Source: Camelus ferus (taxonomy: Eukaryota). Taken from it: a stretch of DNA of 64,000 nt. A program made the position numbers and the translations under genes. The notes beneath the pieces are model-generated. The model was not told the DNA's origin. It did not search any database and was given only the letters and a program-made list of their open reading frames with translations. Positions 13,741 to 25,434 of the stretch are shown here, piece by piece; position 1 is the first letter of the stretch; each line of letters opens with the position of its first letter. The stretch is from contig NC_045696.1 in assembly GCF_009834535.1 (NCBI RefSeq), forward strand, positions 84,012,001-84,076,000, given 5' to 3'.

Positions 13741-14413
13741 GTAAAATAAGTTTTTTCCCCTCTGTAGAGTTGATCAGGAAAATGATCCAGCAAACAAATA
13801 TTTTAAAGTACTTTTGATTAATGCATGTTTTTGTTTGGCTACATTTGAGCTTATGCAAATATTTTATAAAATTAATTCATGTGATTTTTTTAAAAGGATG
13901 ATACATTCCAGTTCATGACTATTGGAAAATGGTGATTTAATAGACCAGAAAGCTATGCATTTATTTATTTACTCTTTATAATCTATATTTGCATATTCTT
14001 GGGTGAAAATTTACAGGGTTTGGTTTTAATCATGGCCTCAAAATAGCTTTTCCAGAGGTGTCCAGTTTAGACCAGTCTAAACATACAGCAGAGGAATTAC
14101 CTTCCTGTAGAGTGTTTGCATGAACATACATTAGACAAATTCAGGTTGACACGATTAGGCGCTCTGCTGTTCTTGCAGTTTTTTGATGAGATGTGTTACG
14201 TGTCTTTTGCCTTCTGTTATCCTCTCTTTCAGTATATGTTTCCCCAAAGTTGCCCGACTAAATACCTGCAAGTTGCTAGAATTCCTTCCTACTGTACCCA
14301 TGCTACATGTCCGTTATCACAGAATCCATTAACTCCACACTCTGCCTGTAATTACTCTAGTTATTTTACCCCCAGGTTTCCCCCAGTTCTTTAGGTGTTT
14401 AATTGTCTGATGT

Positions 14414-14417
<4 letters not shown>

Positions 14418-14469
<52 letters not shown>
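14418..14469. repeat. (TG)26 microsatellite
   Basis: Perfect dinucleotide run. Confidence 0.97.
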
Positions 14470-14473
<4 letters not shown>

Positions 14474-15322
14474 CTGGTATTTTCTCTTGTAAGGAACAAA
14501 AATTTAACTTCCCTGGTGTCATAAATGAAAGTGCTGTTCTGTGTGTATACAAGTCACATGATACTTGACGTAAATGGCTGCAGCGTGTTTTAGAGAAGGC
14601 CGGGCCTAGGGACAGGTAGCCTTGGTCGTTATAAAACTCTGTGGCAGATAGTGGAGCAAAGCTTAGCTCTGGGCTCTGGGTTCCCAAACAGTGGTTTCAA
14701 AACCTGTTTCATCACTACAGTGACTGGGGAGCTTTTTTCCCTTTTTTTTTTAAAGGACAGGTTCCTAATGTTCATTAGAGTACACCACAAAGTATGGTTG
14801 TGCACAAACAGCTGTCTGGTCACTGGAATTTGCTTCATTATATTCCTTTTAAATAAGCTTCCTGTGGGTTTGAAGAATCTTTCGTATTCAGAGATTTGAC
14901 ATTTTTGTTTGTTGAAATTTAAATTTTTCTCACATAATAGAATGGTCATATGACACTGCTTTTTAAAAACATTAGGGAACTTATGTCCATCAGGGGAATA
15001 GTGAAGGATTCAACTTTCTTGAAAACATAAATGAAAGGAGTAGTTAATCTAATTTAAAACTGTTAGTACTGAAGTAGAGACAAAAAAACAAAAAAGAATG
15101 AAGAGATGTCATTTCCATGTAAAATTTATTGTCCTTGTTTGAATATCTAATGTTCTAATGTTTTAGCCTGCTATCAATGTTTGACATACAGGCAGTAATA
15201 AAGAAATATTTATTGAAATATTTAGTAAAAATGTCATTTTTGCTTCAGAATGGTATACCAAAATCCTGTAGATTTGTAATTTTTAGAATTTCCATATACT
15301 TATTTACTAGAAATAAGCTATG

Positions 15323-15324
<2 letters not shown>

Positions 15325-15366
<42 letters not shown>
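15325..15366. repeat. (AC)21 microsatellite
   Basis: Perfect dinucleotide run. Confidence 0.97.
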
Positions 15367-15369
<3 letters not shown>

Positions 15370-16460
15370 TCTGGATGCGGAGCACTTTGGTTTTCTTTCA
15401 GTAGGAAAGCTGAACTGTTTTAGGTACGAAATAACTGAAATCTGACATTTGTGATTAAAAAGTAGGTAATAAAAGATTATGTTTGGTGTGGTCAGATTGA
15501 TGTTTCACTAATTTGTATCTTCCCACTTGCTTTGCATCTGAGCAGCAAGTTTTTGTGGCAAATAACAGCTAAGAGAATGGATGTGAAAAAGAGAAGATTT
15601 GCCTTAGAGAATGAGAGGCTATTTGACAATGCAGAATTGCATTAAGTACAGTTTGCCAAAAAATTGCTGTGAAGTTAGAACATGGAAATTGAAAAGGGCA
15701 TAGATATAAAAGACAGAAGAATTCAGAAAAAATGGTTCATGGATGAGAATAGTCATCCCGAATGAGAACTACTGGTTTCTTCTCTCTCTTTAGAAAGGGG
15801 AGAGAGTGCTGGCACATACAGTCAAAGGATTGTTGGGAAGTTTCGAGTAGAAGAATATTCTGATATTATCTCTCCCAGAAATTTAAATATATTTTCTAAA
15901 GGAAATAGTGATGGGCAGCAAAGATTTGAAGGAGGAGGATACACAGTTGTCAGCTAGAAGGTAGATAAATGTGTCTTCTTAGAGAATATTTTATATCCGA
16001 GGAAATATCCAAGGAAACTTTTAAACATCGAGGAAATATTTTAAACATCGAAATTATCAGGTAAATAACTTGAAGTATTTAAATACAGAAATGAGTGACA
16101 TGTAATAGGAAAATTTCATGCAATTGTTCATGAGAGAGCCAAAGTGGATAATATAGTTGCTTAAATTCACCTGCATGAGCCAGAGAAAGGAAAAAATCAT
16201 AGCAGGAAAAGAAGAGACTCAGAGGTATTTTCTTACAAATTTGAGTAAGCAATGCTGAATAAAGTGTTACTGATTTGGGGGAGTTAGTGTTAGTTGTGCA
16301 GTGTTTTGTCAGCCATGCAAGAGATGGTGTCACAGAAGGGCCCAGGCCAAACCCCCACTCAACCAGCCAGTCAAGTATTTGTGCTTGAAGCAGTGTTCAT
16401 GTGCTAATTAACAGTGTAGTATTTTTTAAAAATACATATACAAACTTCTTTCAAATGTAA

Positions 16461-16646
<186 letters not shown>

Positions 16647-16846
16647 TAAATACTGACAGTTTGATTATTGGGAAGAGTTTTGTATCATTAACCACTGGAT
16701 TTGTCCTTAAATTTAAATATGCTATAATGCTTATTTGTAATACAAGGTCCATGCATATTCTGTGTAATATCCTGTCTTTGACTTTGGCTTTTGTTATTTC
16801 TCTTTTCTTACTTAGTATTTTTTTTTTATTAATTTGATGTCTGTAG

Positions 16847-16929
16847 GCACTTGAACACCAAAAGAAAGAATTTGTAAAGTACTCCAAAAGTTTCAGTGAT
16901 ACTCTGAAAACCTATTTTAAAGATGGCAA
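16847..16929 (+). CDS. PDCD10: PDCD10 coding exon (ALEHQKKEFVKYSKSFSDTLKTYFKDGK)
   Basis: gtctgtag|GCACTT...GATGGCAA|gtaagt; 83 nt, phase 0/2. Confidence 0.97.
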
Positions 16930-17112
16930 GTAAGTATTGTCATTTATCACCCTTTTCTTCTAAAATTAGATAAATTATATTGTTTTATATGATATTAAAA
17001 CTATATAAGTTAAACCCTTTGACTGTATTACTAATACTCAAGTCAACTACTAAGGTAGACTATTAAAAATATAAAGTTAGTGGTTGATAATCCAGCCATA
17101 ACTCTAGTCTGA

Positions 17113-17421
17113 AGCAGGAGTTGGCAAGACTTTTTCTGAAAAGAAACAGACGGCAAGTATTTTTGACTTGGTGGGCTTGTTGCAGCTTGACCTCAGCTGT
17201 TGCAGTGCAGAAGCAGCCATAGGCAACAGGGAATCCAGTGGGCATGTGTCCTAATAAAACCTTATTTATGGACACTGAAATTTGAATTGTGTAGTCACAT
17301 ATTTTGATTTTTTTTTTTTTCTAATTTTAACTATTTAAAAGTGTAAAGGTATTCTTAGGTTGCAGGCCATACAGAACTACCGCAAGGGAGATTTGGCTTA
17401 CTGCCTGCTTTATCAACCCCT
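17113..17421. mobile_element. MER58B-like hAT-Charlie MITE
   Basis: caggagttggcaagactttttctg...aataaaaccttatttatggacactgaaatttgaatt...caacccct. Confidence 0.8.
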
Positions 17422-17423
17422 AA

Positions 17424-17595
17424 AGCAGTGATGCTCAAACTTTAGTAGCATCAGAATCACGTGAAGGGTTTATGACAGTCATTGTGGGTGCCACCCAGAG
17501 TTTCTGTTTCTGTAGGTCTAGGACGGGCCCAAGAATTTGCATTTCTAAGAAGTTTCCAGATGTTGCGGATGCTGCAGGTCTGTTAAGAACTGCTG
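17424..17595. mobile_element. MER5A-like hAT MITE
   Basis: cagtgatgctcaaacttta...gcatcagaatcac...gggcccaagaatttgcatttctaa. Confidence 0.85.
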
Positions 17596-17607
17596 CACCG
17601 GAGTTTG

Positions 17608-17790
17608 AACAATGGTTCTCAATCCTGTTTGCACGTGAAAATCGCCTGGGTTCAGTGTTTAAAATGCCAGTATCTTGGCCCCACCTTCAGAGATTCTGAT
17701 TCCATTGCTTTGGAGGGGGGCCAGGGCTCAGGTGTTGTCACAGTGCTTCATGCGATTTTAAACTGCTGCAGATGGTTGTGACCCACTGTC
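17608..17790. mobile_element. MER5B-like hAT MITE
   Basis: caatggttctcaatcctg...ccccaccttcagagattctgatt...cccactg. Confidence 0.7.
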
Positions 17791-18907
17791 CTGGAAGGAG
17801 GGAGGCTTTCTGTAAGACAGGAAGTTTACTAAAAAGGTAAACTGGACATTATTTTTTAAATTTACTTACAGTTGGCTGTAGAATACTCTAGAAAACCGAG
17901 AAATTGTATGTGTTTGTACATATGATACACACGTACATATGATGTATAAGCTGATAAAAGGCTGTCTTCATTGTACCTTGTATACTGTATATGTTGTGTA
18001 CTTCTGTATTCAGTATACTGTGTACCTTAAATAGAAAGCTGGTAATTTTGTGGATAAGGCCATTTTCTAATAGTGCTTTAAGTCAGAAAAATAAATAGTG
18101 ATTATTTCAGCTATGATTGACAGGGACCTCTAACAATCTGTCTCACCATTGAAATTTTAAGATCCTTCAATCTATGGCAAACTATTACAATATTATTGTA
18201 GTAATATTAAAAAATAATAAAAATATATTAGAATGGTTCATGAATTTTCAGTTATTTTAATAGTTCAAACAGGTTGAAATATTAACATTTGTATTATAAA
18301 TTAAAGATATTGAGCTAAATACTATTAATGATTTTGTGTTGTTCCATACTATTCAGGTTGTCTAGAGAAAATGTTCCTTGACTTAGTTTGATAAACTAGC
18401 AGGTGTGTTCTGAAAATAAACTTACATCTGTTTTTCTTGGTCTCCTCTGCTAAACCCTAATACCCAAAACACATTAAAAAAAAATTACCTGATGGGATTA
18501 TTTCTAATTCTGATTAAGAACTATCGTGGAATAAGCATATTAAAAGGTAGACCTTCATTTAGAACCTACTTTTCATTAATCTGAAATTATTTACTCTCAT
18601 TCCTGTTTGTACATTAAAATGACTTGGGTTCAGTGCCTTGGTCCCAAAGGTATTTTTAACAGTTTAAACAGGTGTATGGATTATTCAGGCTCCCTGCTAC
18701 TACTTTTTCTCCATTCAGCAGCTTCTTTAAATTACAATTATTTATGTTTAAATAATGTGCCACAAGTTTTGTGCCTGTTTCCTCAAAACTGAAAATTACT
18801 AATAGATCCTAATCTTTGAGCCATCTTGCAATAGGAGGATGCATTTGTATTGATTCAGCTAATTCATTCTAGTCTCCTCTTTTTGAGGAATGTCTAGGAT
18901 GAAGATA

Positions 18908-19196
18908 TAGTCGACCCTTTGTATCCACAGGTTCTGCATCCCTGGATTCAGCCAACTGCAGATTGAAAATACTTGGGGGCAAAAAATTCCAGAAAGTTCC
19001 ATAGCATTTATATTGTATTTACAACTATTTGCATACCATTTACATTGTATTAGGCATTACAGGTAACCTAGAGATTGTTAAAAGTACACAGGAGGATGCG
19101 TGTAAATTATATACAAATACTGCACCATTTTATATAAGGGACTTGAGCATCCACAGATTTTGATTCCTGGAAACAGTCTCTCTCGGATACCTAGGG
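18908..19196. mobile_element. Tigger3/MER7-like TcMar DNA transposon
   Basis: agtcgaccctttgtatccacaggttctgcatcc...attttatataagggacttgagcatcc...ggatacc. Confidence 0.85.
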
Positions 19197-19343
19197 CTTC
19201 AGCTTCATGTGCAAGTCACATGAAAATGGGCTGATAGGAAATGTGGTGCAGCACAAAGTAATATTTAAGAACATATCTTTATATATTGTCAGCTCCTAAA
19301 TTTTGAAACCATGTGATTATTTTGCATTAAAAATATTAATTCT

Positions 19344-19504
19344 TTTTTTAAAGGTTTTGTCATGTTTATTTTTATTTATTTATTTTCTGGGGAAAAGTAA
19401 TTAGGTTTCTTTCTTTCCTTATTTTGATGGAGGTGCTGAAGATTGAACCCAGGACCTCATGCATGCTAGATATGCACCCTACCACTGAGCTATATGCTCC
19501 CCCC
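19344..19504 (-). mobile_element. vic-1-type camelid tRNA-derived SINE
   Basis: Minus strand ggggagcatatagctcagtggtagggtgcat...gaggtcctgggttcaatc (A and B boxes), aaacctaattac body, A-rich tail; TSD atattaattct at 19333-19343 and 19512-19522. Confidence 0.85.
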
Positions 19505-19608
19505 TAAAAGTATATTAATTCTAAGAGTGATTTAAAATTCTCAGATTTTTTTTTTTGAAAGAAGATAATAAATTGGAATGGATCAGATTAGAAATAATAA
19601 GCTTTGTC

Positions 19609-19650
19609 TTAAGTATTCATCATGCCCATTAAGTATTCATCATGCCCATT
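19609..19650. repeat. Perfect 20-bp tandem duplication (aagtattcatcatgcccatt x2)
   Basis: Directly visible. Confidence 0.95.
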
Positions 19651-19841
19651 GATATACAGATTTTGAAACTGAGTTAATATTTTAGCAGATTTTATTTTGG
19701 TAACTTCTGTGAAACCACAGCTGGAGACCACATTTGAATCCTTTTCATTGTCCACTTATTTGTTCGACCTGTAAATAAACTCTGGTTGTTGGGGCACCAC
19801 CCATCATTAGCAGCCCACCAACACTTTATTGCCAGCTAGAA

Positions 19842-19855
19842 CCACCAGGGGGCAG
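19842..19855 (+). promoter_or_regulatory. Candidate CTCF site
   Basis: CCACCAGGGGGCAG matches the CTCF core consensus; lies in unique sequence. Confidence 0.65.
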
Positions 19856-20029
19856 TAGTTCCTAGATAGTTTCAAATGGATGCAGGACCATCCAGTTTGA
19901 AGCTGGAGTAAAAGTTAGGATACTCAATACTAATTTGCCCCCCCCCTTTTTTTTCCCCTAAATTGACTTTATTGCTACTGTTGGTAGGGCATTTTAACTA
20001 TAAATATTTTTAAACGATGAATTTTTTAG

Positions 20030-20146
<117 letters not shown>

Positions 20147-20550
20147 AAGTTGTATATGTTAAGAGATGTACTTCTCAGTGGCAGTATTGGACTGCCTTTA
20201 TCTGTAAATTTTAAAGTTTGACTGTATAAATTATCAGTCCCTCCTGAAGGGATCTAATCCAGGATGTTGAATGGGATTATTGCCATCTTACACCATATTT
20301 TTGTAAAATGTAGCTTACTCATAATCTCACACTGAAGATTTTGCATCACTTTTGCTATTATCATTCTTTTAAGAATTATAAGCCAAAAGAATTTACGCCT
20401 TAATGTGTCATTATATAACATTCCTTAAAAGAATTGTAAATATTGGTGTTTGTTTCTGACATTTTAACTTGAAAGCGATATGCTGCAAGATAATGTATTT
20501 AACAATATTTGGTGGCAAATATTCAATAAATAGTTTACATCTGTTAAACA
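20147..20550 (+). other. PDCD10: PDCD10 3' UTR (end approximate)
   Basis: Repeat-free AU-rich sequence between the stop codon and AATAAA at 20525. Confidence 0.8.
20525..20530 (+). terminator. PDCD10: PDCD10 polyadenylation signal AATAAA
   Basis: attcAATAAAtagtttacatctg, followed by U-rich tttctttacttg at ~20552. Confidence 0.8.
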
Positions 20551-21849
20551 ATTTCTTTACTTGAAAAACTGCATATATATATGTGAATATATATATGATC
20601 AGAAGACCAAGACGACTTGGTGTAATGTCTAAAGAACTTCTAACCGGAGCTTATTAGCAGTTTATCAGATAATAAAGAAACAAGAATTCCTATTTTTTTG
20701 TCCTTAATCACTCTGGGCAAAAAGTAGTTAACGGAAATATTTTTGTTAGTTATTATATTTGAGGTACTGAGTATTTTTCCAACTTTTGTTTTAAGAGACT
20801 TATGAGAAGGTGGCAATTTATAGTGTCTTCAACACTATACTGCCACTTTAACTCTATGACATTGTAAAGTTAAGTCTTTCTGGTGTGCTGGGCCCAAATA
20901 AGCTTTGCACCTTTTTTCCATAAATAACCACAACTAATAATAATTTCAAGCTATACCAATGGTAGTTGGTTTGAACTTGTCATGAGGGTTCATGATTTAC
21001 ATACACTTTAAATATGTACAGTTTTGTTTCACCATAGAGAAGTTTTAAGGAAAATTAATTATGTATCAAGTATTCATGTTAAGTGATTTCATTTTTCAAT
21101 TATGATAAAAAATAAAGGAAAAATTTAGAATTTGCTTATCTTTTATAAAGATTTTAAATGTTAAACTAAATTTCTGTTGGCAATATAGGTTTTTTTGCTA
21201 TAATGCAATTTATTTTTTAAATTGTTTTCTCCCATTTTAAGAAATAGACTTTAAAGAATTGCTGTCAGTAGCAACATAAAAGGAAATCATTCTGTTAGAT
21301 ATAAACAGGAACTATGTTGAAAGAAGCAAACAAACAATAGACAATTGGATGAAGTCTCATAATTTATGGGCTTTTCTTCTTTAGAGGTACATAGCTGGTA
21401 AAAAGAATTGGTGATTTTAATACTATTTATTTTTGACAAATTATTATTCACTCTTGGAAGTAGAAGGGTGGTCATTTGCAAAATAGACTTTTGAATGTAT
21501 GAAGATAATATATACTGTTTTTCTTTTCTTGATCAGCAGACTTTTCTAACAAACCAGTACTATCTTCCTTCCTCTTGTCTTTACCTCTTTAATAGAACTC
21601 ATCAGTTACCAGTCATGCCTCAATTCATCTGTTTTTATAAGTCTTCTATCTTTTTATTCTACTATACAGTATCTCCAGCTTCTGTTTTCATGAAATTTAC
21701 CTCCAGAAATGAGGTTTATTCTCAGAATAATTCAGTTTCTTACATAACCCTAGAGGGTTTGTGTTTTTGGGTCAAGGAGGAAAGGACCAGTGTGGCTCCA
21801 GTCAGGTACATCTCCAGAGAACACAAAGGTGGCTCCCAAGAAAAGGCAG

Positions 21850-22052
21850 AGGAGACATTTGTTGAGCATCTTTATGTCAAGCATTATTCTCAGTACATTA
21901 GTTTAATTCTCTTGACAGCCCCATGATTTAGCTACTTCACTTGCAAATGAGGAAATTGGCTAAGAGAGCTTAGGTTACAAAGCTGGTACATGCTGGAGCC
22001 AGGATTTGAATTCAGCACTTGTCTCCAGACTCCATACTCTTTCCCCATTACT
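21850..22052 (-). mobile_element. MIR SINE
   Basis: acatttgttgagcat...aaatgaggaaattg...gagccaggatttgaattcag...ctccagac. Confidence 0.8.
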
Positions 22053-22289
22053 GAAAATGCGCCATTTAGAATGCTAATTCCCAACCCCAAGCTGACACAG
22101 CTGTCTTTGGTCCACAGGGAAATGAGAACAGTTACAATAATGTGGTAAGTATTTTTCATGAGTCTAAATTTATTCATTTTAAAGGACCATTCTTTTATTT
22201 GAAGAGCATTGCTGTGTTTTGGATGTTTAAAATGGATCCTCCTCAAACTTTTTTTAAACAAAATGATATAATTGTATTCGGTGGTTATT

Positions 22290-22440
22290 AACTTTTTATC
22301 TGGAAATAATTTCAACTGATTTCAAATTTACCAAAAATTTGGCAAGAATAAGAATATTGCAAAGAGCATCAACACATCTTTTATCCAGATTCACCTATTG
22401 TTAAGATTTTACCATTTTCATTTTAATATTTATCTGTTTG
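22290..22440 (-). mobile_element. Old L1 (L1MC/ME) 3' end fragment
   Basis: tggaaataatttcaa...tatccagattcacctattgttaa. Confidence 0.55.
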
Positions 22441-22564
22441 CCTTCCCTTGACCTCCTTTACCCTGAATCATTTCCATGGCTGCCTTCTGTCTTTTATGGC
22501 CCTGACGTGATGATGTGCTTTTATAGAATACAGTCTTCTCCCTCCACACTACCCCCTCCCTTTA

Positions 22565-22765
22565 TTCAGGGAAGGTCGCACCTTTTGTTCTAATCGGGCC
22601 TTCAACTGATTGGACAAGGCCCACCCACACCGTGGAGGCAATTCAGTCTACTGATTTCAGTGTTAATTTCATCCAAAACCACCTGCACAGAAACATCCAG
22701 AATAATATTTGACTGATTATCTGGGCACCCCCTGGCCCAGTCAAGCAGACACAAAAAACTCACAG
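22565..22765 (-). mobile_element. MLT2 (ERVL) LTR fragment
   Basis: ccttcaactgattggacaaggcccaccc...agaaacatccagaataat...tggcccagtcaagcagacaca. Confidence 0.85.
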
Positions 22766-24950
22766 ACTGCAAGGAGAGAGTCTGGGATCTATTGGTAAGA
22801 TTTATTGTAAAGGGAAAAGAGATAAGAGAACAACCTAGGACTGGTAATTTAAAAATTGAATTTAAAATGTAATTTATGTGTGAAATATTCCATCGTATTT
22901 GAAATGTGATGGTAACATCACTTATAAAGACAGTCATTATAGTAATTTGAGTTCTGAATATAAAATGACCTTAATTTTTGAATTTGGCAGATCAATGGTA
23001 TGTTTTGGACTTCCTCTTCTCCCCTATAAAGTCCAATCTATAGCTTACCAACAGATAAGCCTAAAGAAAGATAAAATATTGTTCTTTCTAGATGGAAAAT
23101 AACTAGAAATAATAAATGATATTTGTTAAATTATTTTATTGACATTACAATGTTACAGAATACCATCATGTTGTCCCTAAAACATACACAGAAAGACAAT
23201 CAGAGACCAGCAGAGAAAAGGCAACATATCTGGTGAAGCAGCCAGCACAGTGCCTTTGTAAATATTGTAGGAATATTGTAAATATTGAAGGAATGACCCA
23301 TCAGACTGCTTAAAAAAAAAAAAATCAAATGTATATTAAGTGTAAAAAAATCTATGGAGAAGATTAAGAGACAAAATGTTAAATGAAGACAGGAGGTTTT
23401 GTTTGGTTTCTTTTTTACTTGCAGTGCAACAGAAAAGAGAATCAGGGAAGAGAATGCTAGGAAAAACTATTGAACCTTCAGCTATCATCAGACCTAAGAT
23501 AGATGGTCTCACTTACTGAAATTTATACTAAAGAAAGAGGGGAGGAAAGCCATGAAAAAAATACAAGATTGTAAAAATGAATTTGCATACCATGCCTTTC
23601 AGCCGCAAGGCAAGAAATTAGAGGAAGAAGGAAAACATCCTGAAAGATGATTCTAAGTAACATTACCTTGTGAATGTGCTAAAGTGTTTCACTCAGCATG
23701 GAATAATCAAGATACCCATATTTTGTAAAGATGCTAAATAAGAGAGCAAACAGTGCTTCAGAAAAGATCTCTCTTCAAGTGGGCATGAAAAGCTACACGT
23801 TACCAACAGGATATTATTCTAAATGGAATTTGAAAAAGAAATTACGTAGATTGAATTCCAAATGAAATTAAGATTTAGGAGGGGGGACAATTATGATGGA
23901 AAAATACTGGTCTATTTCACCTACTTTCTTGATTGGCATTTATATTTGACCTCTTTATAATGTTTATGCATTTCTCTCATCTATGAAGCTTTCTCCAAAA
24001 ATTGTTTTAGAGAGTTTTTATGATTTCGACAGTGTCACATTTATATTCCAAGTGAAAATGCTAAGCTTTTTCTTTCTTTTTCTTTTTCTTTTTTTTTTAA
24101 ATGCTAAGCTTTTTCAAGCATGTGTTACTAAGGTCTTTGAGAAAATAAACCCAGTCATTTGATACCCCTGCAGGGAAATAGCAGTCATCTTTCTAAATCA
24201 AATCAGCTATTCACAAACGTATTTAATATCTCATTTCATCTACAATTATCCTACAGTGCCTGGTTTTGTAAGTGTAGATAGGAAGTTATTCTCTGAATAC
24301 CACATACTCACATATATCTTATCTTTCCCCTTTCTTTTTTTTTTTTCTTTTTTTTTTGATGGTACTCACAAGCATTAGATGAGTTACATAGTTTCTTCCA
24401 GAGCTCCATCTGAAAGAAACAGTCCCCTCCATGGCCACTGCTGAAGGAGGGGGATCTTACCTGTCCCTTTGTGACCCTTCCCAGCTGGAACAGAGGCAGA
24501 ACCTTATCCAAGGACAAAAATTGCTGAGAATGGCCTTCGAGATAGCCAGTTGGTAGTATAGCTCTGCTCAGCCATGGTAAGTCAGGCCACTTCAGATTCT
24601 TGCTCCAAATTCTATGCTAGGTAATTCTAAAAATTGATTGCCAGGGGGAGAGGAAACTGCAGTAATACCATGAAGCTATAAAGCAGAAGAGGCACACATG
24701 AGCCAACATTAGGAAGAAGCAGAAACCATGAGTAAGGATGAGGTGGAGAAAATCGATCAGATGATAAGTTGTCAGTTTGCAGTGAAAAAGCAGAGTGTAG
24801 AAACACAACAACAAACAGCAGGAGAGCTGCTCAAGTTACATTTAGATTAAAATTCAATTGACTGCTATTGAGATAAGATAATTCAATTCCTAGTCGTGGT
24901 TTGGTTCCAGAATGACCTTCCAGTACTGCATCAGACTTGGCTGCTCTGCA

Positions 24951-25434
24951 CAGGCGCACTTCAGAGATACTGCAGGTTTGGTTCCAGACCACAGCAATAA
25001 AGCAAATATCACAATAAAGCGGGTCACACAAATATTTTGGTTTCCCAATGCATATAAAAGTTATGTTTACACTATACTGTAGTCTGTTAAGTAAGCAATA
25101 GCATTATGTCTAAAAAACACATGTCCATACCCTTCATTAAAAATATTTTATTGCCAAAATATGCTAACCATCACCTGAGCCTTCAGTGAGTCGGAATCTT
25201 TACAACAGTAACGTCAAAGATCACTGATCACTGATCACAGATCACCATAACAAATATAAGAATGAAAAAAGCTAGAAATGCTGCAAGAATTATCAAAATG
25301 TGACAGACACACAGGAAGGGAGCTAATGCTGTTGGGAAAATGGCACCAATAGACTTGCTCAATGCAGAGTTGCCCTAAGCCTTCATTTTATAAAATATGC
25401 AATGTCTTCGAAGCACAAAAACAAGATATGCCTG
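24951..25434. mobile_element. Internally deleted Tigger1-type transposon with both ends
   Basis: caggcgcacttc...gatatgcctg|ta termini; ggttccagaccacagcaataaagc body. Confidence 0.85.

Noticed and set aside
19425..19504. tRNA gene on the minus strand
   Set aside because: It is the tRNA-like head of a SINE, with SINE body, A-tail and TSD, and the stems look degenerate
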